Assembly: GCA_051294375.1 (NCBI GenBank)
Contig: CM119264.1
Location: 19,351,590-19,415,589 of the forward strand
DNA length: 64,000 nucleotides
Direction of reading: 5' to 3'
DNA from: Paraspadella gotoi
Taxonomy: Eukaryota; Animalia; Chaetognatha
The notes below the pieces were generated by a model, which worked only from the letters and a program-made list of their open reading frames with translations, searched no databases and had not been told where the DNA came from. Both the position numbers and the translations under genes were made by a program. Each line of letters opens with the position of its first letter. Within the stretch, counting starts at the first letter, position 1. This document shows positions 1 to 14,575 of this stretch, piece by piece.

Positions 1-275
1 AAAAGAGGCGTTTATGCTAAAATAAAATGGCGCTTTACTATTTTTATGGGAGGAGATAAAACGAGATAAAACCCCGAGATGGAACCGTAAAAAGATATTA
101 AAAAAAGAGGGATTTCCTTCTCTCGGAGCAAGAGAAAAAAAAAGAGGGAAAGAGTTCGGAATAGGGAGACGCTCTGTTTACATACATCCGTTTGAACATA
201 ATACACGTCAGAGCAGACATGTTCTGTCAACGACAATGTTGATTAATTAGTGGTTAACAAAGAGAGAGAGAGAGA

Positions 276-335
<60 letters not shown>

Positions 336-387
336 GCAAGAGCTGAACCATCCGGCCTCACAAATCCCCACCCATTCCCTTTGTGAT

Positions 388-575
388 TTACTGTTTCAAC
401 AGCTTTCGCTCGCCCAGCAGGAAGAGCAGCAGGAAAGCGGCGCCGGTGACGGCAAAGAGCAGCGCCACCGACGCCTCGCTCCGACTTCTGGTCTTCGGAA
501 GGCGGATGACGTCGCTCGATGAGAAGACGCGGACAACGCTGATATGCGAGAGACGTGGGAGGAGCCGAACGCCAC
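388..575 (-). CDS. IgSF gene 1, probable exon 6 (end of Ig4 + transmembrane/hydrophobic tail)
   Basis: Acceptor ccgccctcag after a (TC)n tract. Phase-0 reading gives VAFGSSHVSR; after a 1-nt shift it continues ISVVRVFSSSDVIRLPKTRSRSEASVALLFAVTGAAFLLLFLLGERKLLKQ*. The hydrophobic stretch fits a TM or GPI signal. Confidence 0.55.
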
Positions 576-603
576 CTGAGGGCGGGGGTGCCGGATTTGG
601 AGG

Positions 604-700
<97 letters not shown>

Positions 701-3700
701 AAATACAGGGAAATGCCGATATTTTTAAACAATTTTTTACAGGATATAGTAGTCATCTTGCTCCACTTCGTCGTCACCATTCTTCATCATTTTAAGGTTA
801 AGTTAATTTGAAAGTTTAGCTTGATCGTGGTATTTTCCTTTCTTTCGTTGTTTTATAAAAGTTAGTGACAAAGTAACAAAGTTATTTCATTCAGTTAGTA
901 CATCGTTGTACTCACTGAATAAAATAAATTTACATTCATTTCGCCCTTTTTCCGGCCCACAGTTCGTATCTCTCAGATTAACGTTGGACTGACGTCTTTG
1001 CACGCGTGGAAAATAACTAAATGAATGGTGCTCACTTTTAAAATGCAAAAAAAAAAAGAATATTTAACGAAAAAAAGAACTTCTTGTTAAAAAACGAAAA
1101 AAAAAGAAAAAAAGAATCAAAAAAGTGTATAAAAATACAGGAGATGGTTTAAAAACGGATTGAAAATTATCAAGAGTTATGGCCTGAATGGGGATATACT
1201 AAGTGACGTGTCGGGGTGGGAAATAAAAAAACCTTTCCATGGGTAAGAGGTGTGAGACAAGGCCCTCGGAGAAAGTGTAAGTGTGAATGTTAAAGCAAGA
1301 TGGAAAGAGAGAACATGGGGTCTTGTGGAGAGAAAGAAAGGCTGGGGTCGCAAGGTTGAGTTCGTTGCTTTTTCTCCGACGTTAACTTTTTTTTTTCCAG
1401 CATCCGATTTTTGTGCCTCTATTTGTGCTCTGCGGTTTACCTCTTCCTCACGCTCCCCAAGAAGTGTTACGTCTTATAGTCTCACTCACGAATTCGTCTA
1501 CAAATCAATTGGTTAATACCTCACCGCCAACGAGAAATCCAATCACTTTTTCATCCTCTTTTTTTTGTCTTTTTTATGCCTTTGAGCTTTTCTTATTATT
1601 TTTTTTTTATCTTAGTTTCTGCGATCCTGTTTTTTTTTAGTCCTTGTTGTTTGATTTTTCGTTGTTGTTTTAATCAATATTTTGTTTCAACGGTAAAATT
1701 CTTTCTCGTTCGTAGTTTTAATGATTAACAAAACTTCTCTTGTTGTGCCCATCCAATTTGTGCAAATCAAAAAAAGCTTCTTTTCTTCTTTTGTCTGGTA
1801 ATCTTTTATGTATTTTACTATACTGCCATGCATAATTGTAACTTTTCTTTAGTCATATGTTGGACTGAGACCAACCACCATTATCTTTCATCTATTCCCA
1901 TCATTTTCATCTGCCTCTTCGATGGTATATTTCTTATCCTCTGCACTCTGCAGTAATTTTTTTTCCTCCAACGCCTTATTTGTACCTCTTCCACCTTCCA
2001 CTGAGCCTCTTCCACCGTCCTCTGAGCCTCTTCCACCGTCCTCTGAGCCTCTTCCACCGTCCTCTGAGGCCTCTTCCACCGTCCTCTGAGCCTCTTCCAC
2101 CGTCTCTGAGCTTCTTTCCACCGTCCTCTGAGCCTCTCCCACCGTCCTCTGAGCCTTTCCACCGTCCTCTGAGCCTCTTCCACCGTCCTCTGAGCCCGTT
2201 ATCTCCGCGTTCCGCAGTTTTCGCTCCCGTTTCAAGTTCGACCTCTTCGCGTTTTGGCCTCCATTTTTTCAGGTGTTCTTTCGTTTCCCCGTGAACCCGG
2301 ACGGGCCTCATATGCTCAACCTCGGAGTAATGGCCTTCTTTTCCTGGTTTTTTGGAGATTTTCGGTCACGATTCCTAGTAAAGTCATCCAGTTTATCAAT
2401 CAAACCGTTGATCGGTTTGATTGTGGATTTGTAATTCTGTTAAAAATAACATCTTAATCATAATGATCGGTTATCCTTTAATCCTGCATTCCTCACTTTT
2501 AGTTTTCCTCCTAATCGGTCGATATCAGTCAAATGAGCTATTCTTTGCAAATCTGTCACATTATACACTCCCTTCAATTTTTCGTTTTTCAAATTTTCAA
2601 TTTGAATTCAAAAAGAAAAAAAAACCAACCAAAATTTACTAATTAATAATATAACCGGTAGTATCTCACCTTCAAAACGATCATCTGCTCATCGTCCTTG
2701 ACGAGTCTCGATTCGACGACGGCGACGACAGTGATTGTAGTTGACGATTTGATCACGTGACTGGCACTGACGAGGTTGGCGCGGCGAGGTTTCGCTCCGG
2801 CGCCAGTCAGCAATAACCAGGTGACGTTGGCGGAAGGCACGATGGGATTAGAAACGACGTCGCAAGTCACCGTCGAGTTCGGGTCGGCTAAAGATGCGGC
2901 GTGATTTTAATCGTTTTTATATAATTTTTTTTACAATTTGATAAATTTATTAAATTTATTAATCATAAATATTTTGAAACCTACTATACAGTATATATTG
3001 ACGTTTAAGGCTGCTGATAGTTTGAAATTAGAATATCAGAAAAGCCCCTTGTCTATTTTGCACCATATGTAAAAAAATACGGCCAATCGGCCACCTTGAA
3101 CCCGAACCATTTTTGTCCCTTACCTTTGTGCAGCACCACCGTCGCCGGACAGATGGTGCGAGGGGCGAAGGAGTAAACGAGCGTGAACTCGTCTTTGAAA
3201 GATCTCGCTTCTCCGCCGACTCCGCCCTCCACCGCCCACACCTCCACTCCTATGGTGAGGTTCGGGTGGGCGAAGGTCACCAACTCGGGGTCGAGATCCA
3301 GTCTCAGCCGGAACCCCTTACGCCGCCGCTCGACCCTCTGACTACGCGCCTCCGCCCTCACTTCCATCCCGTAACCATGGAGATAAGTCCACACCACGTC
3401 GCGCAACAGCGGCAGAGGATTAGCCAGGACGGAGCAGGTGACTCGTAGCGGGGAAGATACATGATTTGTAGGGGAAAGCGGGGAGCGATCTAGCGACCAA
3501 TCGGCCGAAGAAACGCGATTGGCCGATACCGAAGAAGAAGGTCTGCGAACGGACCAATCAGAGTCGAGAATCGAGGAGGGAGTCTCGGACCAATCGACGA
3601 CCGTGTCGGGGAGGGAGGGGAAGAGGGAGGAGGGAGAGGAGAAGAGGGAGGAAGCGGAAGATGGTCTCCGAAGCGGAGGGAAGAGCGAGGAATGAGAATA

Positions 3701-6700
3701 GGAAGGAGAAAGGGTGGTGGAAAGGAAAAAGGGAGAGGCGGAAGAGGGGGAGTGTTTGTGGACGATCTGGAAGAGAGGCGTCGCGGTTGTTGATGGTCTT
3801 TGGGGGAAGAGAACGATTGTACCAAAAAAAAATCCAATCCCTTTTTCAAACCTGAGGATCTGGACATTCGACGACCGGCCGATGGAGGACGTTCAACTCC
3901 CCATAGTCGCATCCTTCGAAAGCCGCCGCCGAATGCGCTTTCCGGTGGACGCCGCCGCTCCCACCGCCAACACCGCCGCCTCCGCCGAGGCGCCAGGAAT
4001 GACGCACGACGCACTCGAGCTTTGCCCCGTTGTCCCTGAAGGTGGGGCGCAGGCGCAGCAGGGAGCGCGACTCTAGTCCGAAGTGAGTCATATTGCCGGC
4101 GAGCGGTCGCGAGGAAAGACGCCACGTGATCAGGGGCTGAAAAGGAGTTGCATAAAGTGGACTTTCCCTAAATTATTCTAATAATTTTATCATGTATCAA
4201 CAAACAAACAAAAGCAACAGCAAATTCCCATTTTCGAATCCATAATCATCCATTTAGTGCTAAGTCATATTTTGACGAACAGGCCAACTTGACGAACTAC
4301 TATGAACAACAAAAATCGTCATTAAAATACAATGACAATTCATCGGTGGACTCGTTGTTGGTGTTCGTGAGATGGATTTAAGGCGGTCATCAACCGAGAC
4401 GAAACACCAGCTGCGAAGACCAAAAATGAGATTGCACAAGAAAAAAGTTAAAAATAGACATTGGTCGACGACATTAACTTCAATGGAAATTCATCTATCA
4501 ACTCAAAACAAAAGACAAATAAAAAAAAACAACAAAAAACTAAAAAAGCAACGAAATTTATGACTTCACGAATAATGTCTATTTTTTCAAAATAAGCAGC
4601 CTTCGCTATTTGCTGCTCTGAATCCATCAAGCGGAAAGTTTATAGACTTTTTTTTATTCTCTGATCCTCTTGTGAAAGAAAACATATTTTAATAAAAAAC
4701 AGAGTAAAAATCAAAACGGTATAAATAACAACAACAAAAACAACAACACACAATAACTACGCATTTACGAAAAGGTCAGCCATAACAAGGTCAGTCTTTT
4801 TGGATACGAACGGTCATTCTTACTGACCACGGGTCACATAGACACGTCGTCGTCTGTTCGTTCGAATCATTTGAGCTCCCAAACTCTTTAAGTATGTAGA
4901 GGGAATGCTTCGCCATGCCGAACATTCAAGTACTAAATAATATATCTAACAAAATCAAAAACTGGCAATGGGTTTCGGCGAACCATTTCGTTCTAGCGCC
5001 TAAATATTGTTCTTTCATAACAGTAAAACTACTTTGGACAATTACTAGGTAAGAATAGAGTAAATTCTGTCCGCAAGAAGGAAGATCCGATAGCCGATAC
5101 TGAGAAGCATTTTACGGCATCTCTTCTGTATCTCGCGCGCGATCTCTCTCGACATCTGCTTGTCGTCTTGTGTCCAGGGTCAATATTTTTTTTCTTCAAT
5201 ACTGCAGGCAGAGGACGTCTTCTAGCGTCGAAAGACGAAGATGACGAAAGACGTCGATTCGGGTCTGGCACAAAACGTTCTCACCGGAAGAGGGAGGCGG
5301 GGCAAAGAGAGAGGAATGAAAGGGGCGAAAAACTACGAATGGACGACAACATAAAGAAGGAATGCGAATTAAAAAGAAGGAATGCGAATTAAAAAGAAGG
5401 AATGCGAATTAAAGTGCCGGAAAAATGAGGAGAGAAGCGAGCAAAGTTCGATGCAGCTGAATGGAAGAGGCGGGCCGTGTTTATCCGCCACCGAATATGG
5501 GCGGAAATAAACGAGGTTTTTTTTTATTTTTCCACTTTCCTCTCACGAAATCGCTACGCCATCTCGCGTCAAAGTTGGCGGCGACAAAATATGATAGATT
5601 GATAATTTTGCCATCTACTTATTCGCCTCGCCGACGTCAAGTGGTGTAGTGCTTTGCCAAAGGAGGTTTCTGTTTTAAATTCTTTCTCCTAAAAATGTTT
5701 AAAAAGTTATGGGGATAGTTGTCGATAATATACATGTTGAATATTCCCTGGCTTAATTTTTTATACCCGCGCGAAAATAGTTTCCCGAAAGCATTTTGTT
5801 CTTTTGACATCGCATCTTACTACATCTCAATGTTTGATAAGAAATTCCGCCGGCTTTACGTCCCACGAGCCTTTTTGTTGCTAAGTTATTTTTTGATGCA
5901 GATGACGTCGATTCTCTGTCACGTTGCGACAATTTTTTTTTCTTTTTTTTTTTACTCGATTTTTATTTCTTTTTCGGGGAGATCGTTTTCTCTTATTTTT
6001 AAATTTTTTCTTTACTTCATTCTGTCTGTTCCATTTTCTCCCTATTTTCATTTATCATTTAAATTTTTTTTTCCTTTAACTTTTATTTCTGTCGTTCCGT
6101 GACGTACCTCCGCGCAGAATTCTTCAATTTGCCAATTGAGGCCATATAAAATTTTTGTCCATTGAAAGTTATTCTTAAAAAATGTATAAATTTTTAATTG
6201 AGCATGTATTCAACACCCATTGAGTTTGGCTACCCCTACTGTAACGGACACAATGAAAAATGGCGTAACGTTACCTGTTCCGTGCATAAAAAAAATTGCA
6301 CTGTTTCAATATTATCATATTTTTTAAATTTTTGAAAGTTATAGTTTCATATGTCGACTATCCGAAAATATCAATGCAAAATCTTTTTTTTTGTTTTTTT
6401 AGATATGAACGGAATATAGGGTAAAGATGATAAATTTTTAAAAAGTTAGCATATTGTTATTATTTATTCGCTAGTAATTGTACATAGAAAAAATTTAAAA
6501 AATAATAGTACCATAGTTTGGTATTATGTCTCAAATAAATGGAAAAAAACCTCATTTAAAAATTTGATCGGGAGTGGGGTAACTAAAGGCTTCATGGATC
6601 CTCCCGCGATTGTTCTCTCAAATAATTTTTTTTAATTTAATACATTTGAAAGGGAAAAAAAGAAATTCAGAATTCATGGTGGGTTGTATTAAAGGGTAAC

Positions 6701-8859
6701 AGTAATCGTGGACTTACTGACATGAAAACGCATGACCTTTATATCCTTGTGAAATGGGGCAGTAAAAAGATTATCTAAAAAATTTGATCATTAAGTCAGT
6801 CAATGAACGGCCTTTCTAATGGGCTATTACGAGAATATTTTTCTTAATTAAAATGGATGATAAATTAGAATTAAATTCCTTGCTATATTAAAAGAAAATT
6901 GTCAATACAATTAACAGACAATGATGTCTTGCTTTGTCAATTATTGCCAGCATATAATTTTTAAAACTTTAATTATGATAAACAAGGCAGTGTGTTCACA
7001 GCTTTATAGTTTGCAGTTAAAGATAATTAAAAATATGACGATTTTTTTTTCACAGACAAGAAGGTAATGTCGCAGACTGTTTATATGCAAGGCTGAAAAA
7101 TTTTGTATTTTATCATTTTTTGATATTTAAAAAAACATTTTATCAAGCTCAACATAAATTTTGCTTGTTTTTTACTTAACTTAAAAATATAAGCAGTTTT
7201 ATGGAATAAAGAAAATTTAATAATAATCAAAATGTAATTCAGTCTTTCCTTTTTCAGTTACAAAAGAATAATAAAAATTTCTATGCCTTCATTAAAATTT
7301 TTCAAGCTTAAAAAACTGTTATACTTTTAAGCTCTGATTTAAACAAAGCGTGTGTTAAAGATTTATGGATTTAATTTTAATAAAACTTTTTTAGAAAGGT
7401 GTCGCATGATTGGGCTTTTAATTTGATACCACCCATCTTGCTAGCTCTTTTTTCTTCAAAAAGTTTATTTAAAAAAATAACTTTTTTTCAAACTACGCAG
7501 TAGCAAATCTTTGTTAAATAAAAATTTGCGAGCAAGCGGGTGGGTATCTCACTTAATTTCTATTGATACAATACCTTAAATTTTAAAATAAACTTGAGAG
7601 AAAATTTTTTGTCATTTTGGAGACATAATCCTTTCAGATGTAACCATGTATAATAATTTATTTATTTATTTTCCCAAAAAAAATCTAATTAAAAAAGTTG
7701 AAATTTCTTTAAAATTGTTAAGAAAAAAATTTCCTCGCGACCTTGCCATTGAGATAATGGTTTGCATAGAAAATCAAAAATATCAAAAAAATAAAAAAAA
7801 ATCCAAGCCTCTAGAAAAATCAAAAGGCTAGAGGCTGATTTTTTTAGATTGGCAAAATTTTTTCCTAACTCGAATCCATTTTATTCTCAAGTTTCAAATA
7901 TTTTTTTCCAAAATCATTCAATCAATTTTTTTTTTATTAATTAGAAAATGTTTTATGATGTGTTTTTGTTTGAAAGAATTGAAAAAAAGTGAAGAAAATA
8001 TAGTAATTATATAAGGTTTTTGGAATACCTCTAAAATATTAGATAATTACGACAACACGAGGGAGTAAGCAAGAGAAAACTCCCCATTCAATAAAAAAAA
8101 ATTGAAAATGATTTGTCTATATTGTTATTATAGATTAATTGACTAATTACAAACATATGATTCATATACAATTGATGGAATGATGGGTAAAAAATATTCA
8201 TCTTGGTTCGGTTAACTATTAGTTATTCGTTAAGTTTTTGTTTTAATATATTAATATTATTTTTGGCATTTATAAAAGCAAGGTCTAAAATTTTTAAGGC
8301 GTTTTGAAGCTATATTGCTTATCTTTTTTACCTATTTTTGATCTAAGTTAGCGTTTTTTTTTTGATGGTCAAGGGTTATGGTCAGAAACGTAATGTCCAT
8401 AGTGTATATCGGCACATATTACCAAAAGTAAATAACAATTAATTTGGCTCGAAACATTTAAAGGGTACAAATCAGCACTGAGAACCGTAAGGCCACGTTA
8501 TTTTCATTGTGTCTTGTAAATTTAGTAAATTTAAATTTTTTTGAAAGTTTGGAATCAATTCTTTTAGCGACTTTTTATTGTCGCACACTTGCATCATTTA
8601 GAGCTACCCTGTAACTCGCACAGTGACAAAGAACTCCCTCCTGCCTCCATGTTGAAGTTTGATTCCCGTATTTCACGACCACCAAGAATATTCCCCACCC
8701 TTCATTTGGAGATCTCGAAATCGGTCGAGGGAACTGTGGAGATGCAAATGAATTGACGCTGGACAGANNNNNNNNNNNNNNNNNNNNNNNNNAAAAAAAA
8801 GCAAGAACACAGATTCGTTATTCCCGACTTTTGAGGAGAGAGACCCGAGAGAGAGATGT

Positions 8860-8898
<39 letters not shown>

Positions 8899-9121
8899 AG
8901 AGAGAAGTGCGTAGAGAGAGGAAGGAGAGAGAGATTCGTTACCTTCGTTCCAGTATCGCGTACTTGCATATACGTGCACAATTTTTTTTACTAACACTTG
9001 TAATAAACAGCGTCGAAAGCTATAGTCAGCCTAGACTGGTTTCTTCCTCGCTCCATCACCCACTTACTCTTCCTCTCTCTTCTCATTTCTATTTCTGCAT
9101 CCATCATTCTGATCCTGCTCT

Positions 9122-9161
<40 letters not shown>

Positions 9162-12100
9162 TCTCGTCTTCTTCTCATCTCTCTCCGGTTGCGATTCGTC
9201 TGTCCTGAATCTCCTCTGGTGAGTGTCACGTCGTCTGCTCTCTCTCAGACCCTCAGAAGGCTTCCAATCCGTGGTTTAGTCACAGCATATAACAACGACA
9301 CTGTCGCAGTGGACAGCCATATGTCTAGCCCTCCTCCCTCTGTTTTTATTAAGGTCGACGACTATCTCAACTCTTCATCGGCGCTTCTCGGGAAGCTGCC
9401 GAAGAGGCCTGGCGTACATTCATTAGCGTTTCGCATATACTCACGATTGTCCTATCGGGATTACCCTGTGCACACTCTGGAACTCTCTAACGACCAAAAA
9501 TAGCTTATCGTCGCTTAGATCGACCTCTCCAACAACGGAACACGAAACTCACAGCACGGATTGGGCCTGTCTCATAGTGGCTCGTGAGCATTTCTAACAG
9601 CACGTGGCCCTCTATTTGCATGACGATTTTCGCCCTCGGCGATGCCGTAGGGATCAGCAGCCACTGTTCGACGCGACAACAACGAATGTCAAAAAGCAAT
9701 TACGGCCACACTGACGCGAAGAAAAAGGGATTCGAAGCCAGACAATAAAAAAGCAGTCGATCAGATATACGCATACTCTAACCGATTATACGAACACTTC
9801 ATTACCCCTCAGCTCGCGTCTGGAAACCGGTGTCAGTCCGATCGCAGGTGTTCCATCTAGTCGCGCCACCTGGCTATATCTCCCGTCACTTACTCAAGTT
9901 GTCCCATATGGTGCTCCCGGCAGTCTGTGACTGGCGTACAAACGCCATCTGGGTTAAGCACTCTGACAACCCGACGAGAAGTCTGTCCTGGCGCAGGGAC
10001 AAACCCTTTGACGCTACTGGTGAGTTCCTTCTTTTTTATAGATTTAAAAATATAAAATAAAAATTTCTAACGTTCACCCTAATATTAAACTCTAAATTTT
10101 AACCTGGACAAAGATATCGGTAACAAACTAGTAAACAATATATTAATATAAAAGAAATACAAAAAACATTTTCTTTGAGTGGAATCTCGCCATTCCAGCG
10201 CGAGCTGCTCAACTACTTGTCTCTCAATCAAACGTTGCGTAGACGAATGGGCGGAGTTCGATCTTTCTTTTTCCTTTTTTTTAATTTCGCCCTGATTGAT
10301 TTTTTTGCCGCGATGAAATTCCGGCGGAAGGAAGCAAGTAGTCGCTCGACGCTCGACGCTCACCTCAGGCGAATCCCTTTTTAATTCCCTCCTCGTTTCC
10401 CGTCGCTCAGCTCCTTTTGTTTTATGGAATAATTATTAATTAAGTGATTCTGATTACGGGGTTTTTTTATTAGGAGGACTAACGTGATTTTTTCTCCGAG
10501 AGAGAGTTTTGCACTATATGTATAAATGATTTAAATCAGTTCAACACCAATACAATACACCAATAAACCAAGTCATTTACATACAACTGGTCCAATTTCG
10601 TTTTCTTTAATAACAAATAAACGTAGAAATAGATATACTCTGATATTATTAAAAATTTGTCCTTGTTTTCTCGTTTTTCAAACGAGGAAAACAAATTTAA
10701 AATATTAAATGACAAAAATATAACAAATTTTTAAAAAAACTTTCAACTTTATACTAATGTTCTCAAATTTCTTCAGTCTCCTCCACGAAGTAAAGTTCCG
10801 TCGTCGGGGAAACCAGTACTACTTGACGATCCGCTCGGTTACCCTCGAAGACGCTGGCCCATAACAAATCGGGACTCCTTCATGCGTCGCTCGTCGTGTC
10901 GCCGCCGCCAACTGCGGCCCCGAAGTCGACGAGATGATCGAGAATCGGGAATACAGATTCGCCTGCGCCGTCACCTCCGAGGAGGGGCCAAGGTGGAGGC
11001 GGGAGTGAGGCGGGAGTGAGGCAGGTAGTACAGCGAAGAGGCGGGGAGGGTCGTATTGGTTTTCAAATGTGCCAAACAGAGAAGATTCAATTGTTGTGTT
11101 TTTCTTTTTTTTTTTTAATGTTACAATTATTTTTACGGTGCAGTCTTAGTTGTGTCAATTGTTGTCTGTATTGCAATCGTATTCTACAATGGCGTCGGGT
11201 TGACGTGTCACTTTGATGTCTAACGATTTTGACGCTGGTCTTTTACAGTCTCAGGTCATTAGATATTTTCTGTTAATTATTTTAAGTATTTTAAGTAGAG
11301 AGTTAAAGAGTAACGAATAAAAGAGTGAAAGAATAAAAGAGTAAAACAGCAGAAGACTGCGTTTGCCGCGGAAACAGAAAACAGTTCGCGTTCAGTAAAC
11401 GATATTTAAAAACATTTAGAATTTTTTGCTTGGTTTCAATTCAATTTCTCTTCAGCTCCGAAGTTGTAACTTCTATCCTCGAAAGATTGAGAGCTCGAGG
11501 GAAACGAGATTTGTTCGATCCCAATCAGTTGGACTTTATCTTATGCAGATTCAATCAAAGGAGAGTGTAAATTCGCGAACCAATTTTCCGTTAGAAAATT
11601 GGAAAGAAAAGGGAAAAAAAATGGGGCGTGAATAAGTGAGATCCTCTTTTGGAAAAGGAGAATCAGGGAGGGAGAAAGTTTGGCTCACATTTTGACGGAA
11701 GTTGATTTGAGTAGAAATCACGAATCGGAGGTGGATTTCGCTCTGATGAACCCATTTTGAGAGAATGGACTTAGGTTAATTAAACTGGATCTTATTTGAT
11801 TAGAATATTTAGTCGATGAGAAGTCACAACCTCTTGTCGAATTCACTAATAGCAAGGAATTCTTGATCGGCACAACTCACTAGTCACTGTACAGGTGTAA
11901 AAATTTCTAACAACTGATCGGCAGATTACTGCGTATATACAGACTCGCATCAAGTCCACGTTTGAATTTTAAAATAAATTGGAAAAAAAGATTTTAAAAC
12001 CATTTTTTGAACCACTTGATTCTCACCGTGAGAAATCGAAAAAACTTCGAGGGTCCGATGTGGAAAAAAATGAGAGATGAACGTGAGGGGAATCAGTAAA

Positions 12101-13092
12101 AAGAATCTGCCTGCAAAGCATGAATCAGAAAAAAATGGGAAAGACGCCTCGTTGAGATTGAAAGGGCGGAATCATGAAAAAAGGAAAAAGGAGATTGTCG
12201 GAATCAAAGATGAAGAGACAACAATAAGTTTTATTAAACAAAAACAGAAAAACTAGATAAATTTTCAACGGGATTTAACCAAAATAAATGTTTAAATGTT
12301 GAACGTGGAAAGAAAGAAAAGAAAAGCTAAAAGAAAGAGAATCGGAAGAGAGAGAGCCCCCAGATAATTAATGAATTTTTTCATCCAGTTTCACTGCGAA
12401 AGTTTTCTACTGTTTAAGAGACAAAAAAGTACCCGTTAATCAGAAAAATGGTTAAGAGAATGTTTAAAAAATGTAAAAAAATAATATTATAAGTCAGATA
12501 CCAAATATTTGAGCGAAAAATAAAAGATAACCTCAACAAGATGAGCGTGAAAAGAGAAGGATTCACAATCAAGAGTGAAAAGAAAGATTGACTGCAATGA
12601 TGAAAGTGAACAGAGGAAGAGAGGGCCGACGAGACGAAGGCCAGCGCGCAGAAAAGGAACCGAATCGAAAGGATGGTTCCACGTTCAACTTAAAAGCGTA
12701 GACGGACCGCCGGCCATGGGCGGGAAAAGAAATGGTTTCGGAAGGGCGGCCCTTCTTAAATTGACGCAGCTGAGTGGAGATCGCGCTGAAAGGGATGTTG
12801 TTTGGGTGGAAAGGGTGTTGATATCGAAACTGAGTGGTTTATGAGAAAACGGAGTAACTGCATGGCAAGTTCGATGTAGGAGAGAACGAAGGCGCAAACA
12901 GGAGCAACTGGAGCAAATGGAGCAATCGACAGAAAAATACGTTTTCACTGACGCGGCGGATTTTCCTTCGCTCTCCTTTCAAAGTGAGGAAAGAAAAAAG
13001 GATTTCAAATAATGTCGTAATCGGAAAAAAAAGGAAGAACTGTTGCCGGTGGTCGGGGGTGATGAAACTCTCTCTCTCTCTCTCTCTCTCTC

Positions 13093-13168
<76 letters not shown>

Positions 13169-13463
13169 TCTCTCTCTCATATTTCACTCTTCGTCTCTTC
13201 TTCCCTGCTTTTTCTTTCCGTTAAGGGTGAAAGGAAATATCTCCTCCGTTCTCCCTCTCCGAGAATTGTCCCAAATCTCGTCCATTATAGAATTTTTGCA
13301 ATCAACACTCCCTCTCACTAACCCCTCTCTGCCCAGTCTTCCATCCATTTCTATTGTCATAACCGTTTCTCCTCATTGCATATTCTCGTTCTTCCACGCA
13401 GCTTTCACGGTTGGGAGGGGGTAACGTGCAAAGAAAAGAAATAAGGAAGATTATTGGTAGAAA

Positions 13464-13544
<81 letters not shown>

Positions 13545-14097
13545 ATTGCTTGAAGGTGGCGGATGCTCGGAGAAGAAAAAGTTGTGGGTTATAAAATCCC
13601 AAATTCATGAGATTCAACTTTCAGGGAAAAATTGAGGAGACATATCGGTTTCAAACGACATGATGAGACTCATAAACATAAATTTTTGTTAAATTTTCCT
13701 GGGTCAATTAATTTACATATTAAAAACATTCCGTGTTTGTTTAAATTTAATCATAAGGAAATAAACATCAATTTAATTTTTTGATCTTGATTCTTTCCTT
13801 ACTTCTTGTCTTCTCTCTCTCTCCCTCTCTCTGCTCCTCTCTCTGTATCTCCTCTCTCTCTCTCTCTCTCCTCTCTCTCTCCTCCTCCCCCTCTCTCTTC
13901 TCTCTCTCTCTCTCCCTCTATGTTTGCTTACCTTCGACTCTCTGCTCTCGATTCGAACTGGATCCATCCATCCAAACGTCAAGAATGCTGAGCGGAATCC
14001 AGCAGAAAAGACGAGCGGGAGTTTTAGTTATCCTTGGGTTAGCCCGCGCGCCAGGAGGGAGCGAACGAACGGAAAGACTTCTTGGGGTTTTGCTTGA

Positions 14098-14146
<49 letters not shown>

Positions 14147-14531
14147 AGAGAGAGAGAGAGAAGAGAAAGAATGTTTGGCAGGTTTGTTCGCATGCTTGGG
14201 TGAGTTCTCCATCCGTCCGGTGATAGAGGCCGACGCAACGCCACCTGCGTCGACGTCGTCGTCGTTTTCATAGTCGTCGTCGTTATCGTCGGAGTCTTCG
14301 ACGGGCCTTGGTGTTTTGCAATGTGGTAGACCTTTGGTTGCCGTCTTCAATGTTGTCGTCTCGTATCATTATGTCGTCGGCGTCCTTTCGTCCTTGTTCC
14401 TTCTTTCGTCGGCAGTCGTTCGTCGTCTATCGTCGTCGTCTTCGATGGCATCGGCTTTTCGAGGTGAACTTCTATGTGTCGCTAGGAAACGGCAGGGAAA
14501 GGGATGGACGAATCAAGGTTTCGCTCTCTCA

Positions 14532-14575
<44 letters not shown>

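Noticed and set aside
250-811. ORFs with ERERER/SLSLSL runs (also at 13-14, 20-21, 24, 35, 43 and 46 kb)
   Set aside because: These are translations of (GA/TC)n microsatellites with no other coding signal.
1881-2311. Repetitive ORFs; CRISPR-like appearance of the 21-bp array
   Set aside because: Units are head-to-tail with no unique spacers, and single-base variants shift the frame. It is a minisatellite in a eukaryotic intron.
5029-5271. ORF as first exon of the Ig gene
   Set aside because: It has no signal peptide or usable donor; the exons at 27-28 kb supply the missing half-domain and the signal peptide.
14039-14500. Acidic ORF possibly nested in intron 2 (mirror at 20300-20660)
   Set aside because: It is GAC-rich low complexity, the frames differ between copies, and no convincing splice sites or domain were found.
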